Made by a program: the position numbers and the translations under genes. 64,000 nt of DNA from the NCBI GenBank assembly GCA_028534125.1, contig CM052817.1, positions 9,488,001 to 9,552,000 of the forward strand, read 5' to 3'. This document shows positions 59,123 to 64,000 of the stretch, piece after piece. This stretch comes from Lama glama (Eukaryota). Position 1 is the stretch's first letter; each line of letters begins with the position of its first letter. Under the pieces are notes generated by a model. That model did no database searches and was not told the DNA's origin. It was given only the letters and a program-made list of their open reading frames with translations.

Positions 59123-62100
59123 TTAGATACTCTGTAAGTGTTGATTGGATTGGTCTAGATTGAACTAAGTTCAGTTGAAAAGTGAGGTAAGGCCGCAGGA
59201 AAACAAAAGTACAGGCTGGAAGGAAAAAATAAATCTGCCTAGGAAAGAATAAGGCCTTGACCTTGGCTGAGTGGCAGGTGAAAATGGAATCCAAATTTTC
59301 ACTCTAAGCCAGCACTCCTCCCTTCAGTGTATTTTTCTACCCATCATGTTTTGCCACTGCCTCTAGAATAAGTGTGAAAATGATTGAGTGATAAGCACTC
59401 ACAAGCTGTGGCTGCATCTGAGGTCTGAAAGCTCACGGAGACAATTTCAAAGGTTTGTTCTATCTGTGAAGAAGAGTTAGTCCAGGAAGATATAGAGTAT
59501 AAGTTACCTGAGATGAGAAATAATAAAGAAAAACATCAAATATTGCAGAATGAAAAAAAATACTGAGACACTTTAATAATATCTGAAACCTTACCATGAA
59601 ACACTAAAGGTAATTGAAGGAAGTTGTGAATGACTCAGAACAAGCAAATGTGAACACCTGTAAATTGTATCAGCACTTGGCCACATTAAGACAGGAAAAT
59701 ATGAGCACATCTATCTCTTTTGGGTGGCAAGAAACACATCCATTTCTAAGCTCTTTGACAGAGATTGTGCCAACCCTAAGACCAGTGGATGAGAAAAGCC
59801 TCTTAAGAAGTCATCACTTGTAGACAAATAAATGACCATCTCCAAAGCCGGCAGCCCTGAAATTAAGATTATAAGGACAGGTATTCTAGTTCAGCCTTCT
59901 AGAAGATCTCAGTGGGGAGTGTGGGGAGGTTCCTTTAAGTCAGATAGGCAGGGCTTCCTTACACGTGAGAGTGGGTTGTTCTGTGATCTTATGCGAGGAG
60001 TAAACTAATGAAAGCATTTGTCCTCTAGGATCTGTTTGCCAGTTCAAGTTCAAATACAGTCATGCCGTTTTTTTTCCTTGCAATTCGTTCTCAGGATCCC
60101 ACTTACTTTTATTAGCAGGTAGACTAGTCAAGATCTAAATCCTCCCCTCCACGAATGATCTAAGAATTCTAGGGGCTTTCTTGGTTCCAATGGGATCATT
60201 CCTAATTCTAACCCATGGAAGAAAGTGAAAAGCAAAGCCTTTGGTTGTCCGCTCGCCCAGCTGATTTAGCCACCACCAAACTGCTCCACTGTTGAACACT
60301 AACTGTGCAGAGTCTAAGACATGCTTGTCCGCTGGTAGGAGATGCTCTTGCTGACCCCGGTCTCATCCTCTTACTAAGCTTCAGTGTAATGACCCTTTCA
60401 ATTCACCGTCGTCTGTTCATCCACTGTTTCCCAAAGGACAGCTGCTATGGCAGAATGACAGAAAGAAGGCAGACTTCCAGCCTCGTTCACATACTCTGCC
60501 ACTCCAAAATCCTTTAGGCCTGTTGGCCCAGAGCCCCACGTGCCACCTGGGCAATTCCATCCTGTGGCCCACAGTGTCCTTTCTTCGCAGCAGGCTTTGG
60601 ACCAGGCCAACAACCCTGTTGTCAATGACTAATTTCCCTAAATTTACATTTTGGAGAGAAGGAGTTGGGTCCTTGGTGTTTCCTTTTCCAAAGGGCCCTG
60701 GATACTTTAAGCAAGTAATCTCAACCCCTCTCCAGCCAAGCGTCCCTGAGAGGAAAACCTTCCTCGAGCCACTGGCAAGTGCCTCCTTGCTTTATGCACT
60801 AGGGAGAAGAGACACCTGAGTGGCTGCTCTCAATAATAACAAACATCTCCTTCAAGCTGACCTGGAGCTCTACCTCTGCGCATAGGGTTCTGGCATTATT
60901 TTTTAAGCTCTAACTCAGCAGGCATAAGATGAGAGAATGTTAAGAACTGTGAGAAAATGCAGAAATGATCAAGGACAACCACTGTATTTTGAGGATGAGA
61001 AGACAAACCCAGGGACTCTCTCTGATTAAGGTCCTACTCTAATTTCACCGAAAACTGTGTCTTACTTCTCTGCTCAAGGCATGGTCTTCACTGCCCAGTG
61101 ATGGCCTTCAGATTTTGAACAGCCAGCAAATTCAAAAGACGATTTCCTCCGGCCGGGAGGGTGGCTAGCTAAGGCAAAATAAAGCTTATCGGAATGGGGA
61201 ACCCGCCGATCTTCTTGATCACATTTGTGATTAATGCCCGCTTCCCCAACTGAAAGCATTTCTTCCAATTTTCATTCTCAATAGCTTGAGAAGAATGTTG
61301 GGGACAGCAAGGTAAAAAGAAATTTGGGGTCACTTTATTTCCATAAATGACAGCATGAATCACACATTGCTGTTGCTAAGGAGATGCATGAGGTTCCTAT
61401 CAAAAGGACAAAGAGAAATTGATTGCACTGAAGATGAGTCGTCAGGGGGTTTGGAGAACCATTCTGCCTTTTGAGTTCATTGTGATCAGCTCTCTATAGG
61501 AACAAAGACATATTAATCTTCCCTACAAATCCCCAATCATTTATCCATTCAGCAGAGAACAAAGAAAACATCAGCACAGGACTCACCACCCTCTTTCACT
61601 TCGCAGCACATAGGGTGAGGGGCCATTCTCCTGCCATATTTACCCGGAGTGGGGCCACTCTCCCTGGTATCCCACAAGACACAATCCTACGTCCAGAATC
61701 TGAAGATTCTGTATCGAAAATTCTCAAGTAGGAAAAGACTCTTTTCTCTCAGTTAATAACTAATTTCCAACCAGTGACTAATTTTTTTTCCTGTGACATC
61801 CACTCAGTGGAAAACAAATGAAGAGAGGAAAACTTAAGTAAACAAATCTGAAAATGAGGCCACAACACACAGAGATGGAGGCGCCTCTACACTTAACGAT
61901 CAAGGAAAGCAGGCACTTTAAGGTTTATCTCAAACAAAACCGTGATTTTAACTGGCCCGGATCGAGCCTCACCCAATGAATGACTTCCAGGGCCTCTGGC
62001 TCTTTGGGACGAAAGGAGAGAATTATTTTTAGCACAACTATTTGGAAACCTCTGAGAACTTGGATCTGTTTTTCTGTCTGGTACCAAAGCAAGTTTTTTC

Positions 62101-62284
62101 TCTGAGCTCTCATGAAAGATCCTCAGTCTCTTGTGGATTTAGAATTCTGGAGCAACCTACCATCCCAGAGCAAGGTATGGTGTTTACTCTTTTTTTTTAG
62201 AATTTTGGCAAATGTAGCTGCAACGTCCTGTATTGTTACGGTAGCTTTTGAGTTTATTAAACAGATGCCTCTGTAAGAAGAATC

Positions 62285-62470
62285 CATGAAACTGAAGACC
62301 TGGGTTCAAATCTCTGGTCTGACACTAGTTTTGTGACCATAGACAAGTCACCTGACTTCTCTAGATATTGATTCCCTGTCCAACCAACTGCAAAAGGGTC
62401 TTTGGGAAGATGATATGGGCTTAACATTGCTCTGTGGACAACAAAATGTTTGACACATGTCAGGATTGAT
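62285..62470 (+). mobile_element. MIR SINE
   Basis: GAAGACCTGGGTTCAAATCTCTGGTCTGACACTAG...TGTGACC..AGACAAGTCACCTGACTTCTCT. Confidence 0.8.
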
Positions 62471-63044
62471 TACTGTTAGTGATATCCTATCCCTTTACTG
62501 AAAGCAGCCAAACCTCTATAGATCATGAACTGCTGACAAAAATAAATATTGATGGGTAATTATTTTCCATCGTTCAACCTTTGATGAGCCTCTACTGTAG
62601 ACCAGTCTTTGTCCTAAGTGTTGGTGACAGAGTTAACATCTGGGTGGAGAAAAAGCAATAGTCAGCCGTAACACAGTGTGCTCTGGTTCTGCAGGGTGTG
62701 GTAGTGACAGGAGAGGGGAAGGGAGTTCATGGCCAACAGGAGAAGCAGTTTTGAAGGGGAAAACTGGAGCCCCAAAGGCAGAGCTGAGGAAGCACCAACC
62801 AGAAGGCACTGGGATGTGAACACCTGAGGTCCCATCCTGTCTTGCCAGCAGTGCCACTCCTAGTGCAGCCAGAGAAGGACAAAGCCTGCTGTTGTGAAAT
62901 CTCTTCCCTGAAGGACAAGGCTGTGTCCCATTTTGGCTGCCATGGTTACCTATCCTCTTCCTAATCATTTCCAGGCCAAACACATTTTCAACTTGAATTA
63001 GTAATTGAGGCCAGCCCTTTGTCATGAAGATTCCAATTTCCCTC

Positions 63045-63250
63045 ATGTGATGTAGGGGAAAACCCAAGGGTTTAGAGACCAAAGAGCTTGGTTCAAATCC
63101 TGCCTGTGCCATCTTTAGAGCTGGGTAGACTTGAGCCCTCAGATTTTGTTTTCTTATTTGTAAAGTGAAGGAACCAGCCCCTACTTCTTAAAAGTGGTGT
63201 GGGGAGTGGGAAATGGCGTCTTTAGAGCACCTACCTCAGTAATAAGAATA
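63045..63250 (+). mobile_element. MIR SINE
   Basis: CTTGGTTCAAATCCTGCCTGTGCCA...TTTTCTTATTTGTAAAGTGAAG. Confidence 0.7.
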
Positions 63251-63277
63251 CTAATGTGTTCCATACATCCCAATTCA

Positions 63278-63945
63278 TCTTTTTTTAGTTTTTTTTTTAT
63301 TGTGGTAAAATATGCATAACAAAATTTGTCACTTTTAAGTCTATAGTCTCATGGCATGAGGTATATTCACAATGCTGTACCACCGTCACACCCCCATCAC
63401 ACCCCCATCACACCCCCATCCATCTCCAGAACTTTTCATCTTCTCCAGCTGAACCTCTGTCCTCATTAAACACTAACTCCTCATCCCCCGACTGACCCCC
63501 AGCCCTTGGCAACCATGCTTCTATTTTCTGTCTCTACAGTTTTGACTATTCTGGATTTATCAGATAGGTAGAATCATACAACTTTGGTCCTTTTGTGAAT
63601 GGCTTATTTCACTTGGCATTAAAGTCTTCAGGATGCATCCCTCTTGTAATATGTGTCAAAATTTTCTTCCTTTTGAAGGGTGTGTAATATTCCATTTATA
63701 TATGTACCATATTTTGTTCATCCATTCATCTGTTGATGGACACTTTGGTTTCTTCCACCTTTTGGCTATTGTGAATAATGCTGCTGTGAATATGGGGGTA
63801 CAGATATCCATTTGAGACCCTTCCTTCACTACTTTTGGGTATACTCGAATTGGAATTGCTGAATATATGATAATTCTCTATTAATTTTTTGAGGACTCAC
63901 CATATTGTTTTGTACAGCAGCTGAACTATTTTACATTTACTTCAG
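63278..63945 (-). mobile_element. L1MB-like 3' end, containing an 11-bp triplication TCACACCCCCA (63386-63418)
   Basis: TTTTATTGTGGTAAAATATGCATAACAAAATTT...CATCTCCAGAACTTTTCATCTT...TTCATCCATTCATCTGTTGATGGACAC. Confidence 0.9.
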
Positions 63946-64000
63946 CTACATTTAAATTTTTTCAGCTTTATTGTGATATAATTGATATATAATATTGTGA

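Noticed and set aside
1..64000. Assignment to a named host gene, or a novel multi-gene system
   Set aside because: No exon with a recognisable protein sequence and no consistent chain of in-frame spliced exons was found; small exons could still have been missed by eye

Overview
Repeat-rich, non-coding mammalian DNA, either intergenic or deep intronic. It is very probably camelid (alpaca/llama/camel): it carries a tRNA-Ala(AGC)-derived SINE resembling the camelid Vic-1 family, plus cetartiodactyl-type LINE-1 3' ends. I found no credible host protein-coding gene. The only protein-like reading frames are retrotransposon relics: an L1 ORF2 C-terminus at ~40.3-41.0 kb and a decayed L1-ORF1/HAL1-like segment at ~31.2-32.3 kb. 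Much of the window is recognisable interspersed repeat: MIR, L2, old and young L1, MaLR/ERVL/ERV1 solo LTRs and hAT MITEs. It also holds a ~460-bp compound (GAAA/GGAA) microsatellite and a 100-N assembly gap. Repeat families were assigned by eye from recalled consensus motifs, so subfamily names and most boundaries are approximate. The best-supported structural observations are nested insertions with target-site duplications (TSDs), a twin-primed 5'-inverted L1, an internally deleted young L1 and a cluster of three LTRs inside one L2. Several repeat-free islands (~6.9-8.3, 13.1-13.6, 15.8-16.55, 54.8-55.0 and 59.4-62.2 kb) are candidate regulatory or non-coding-exon sequence. I see no convincing evidence for a novel biological system.
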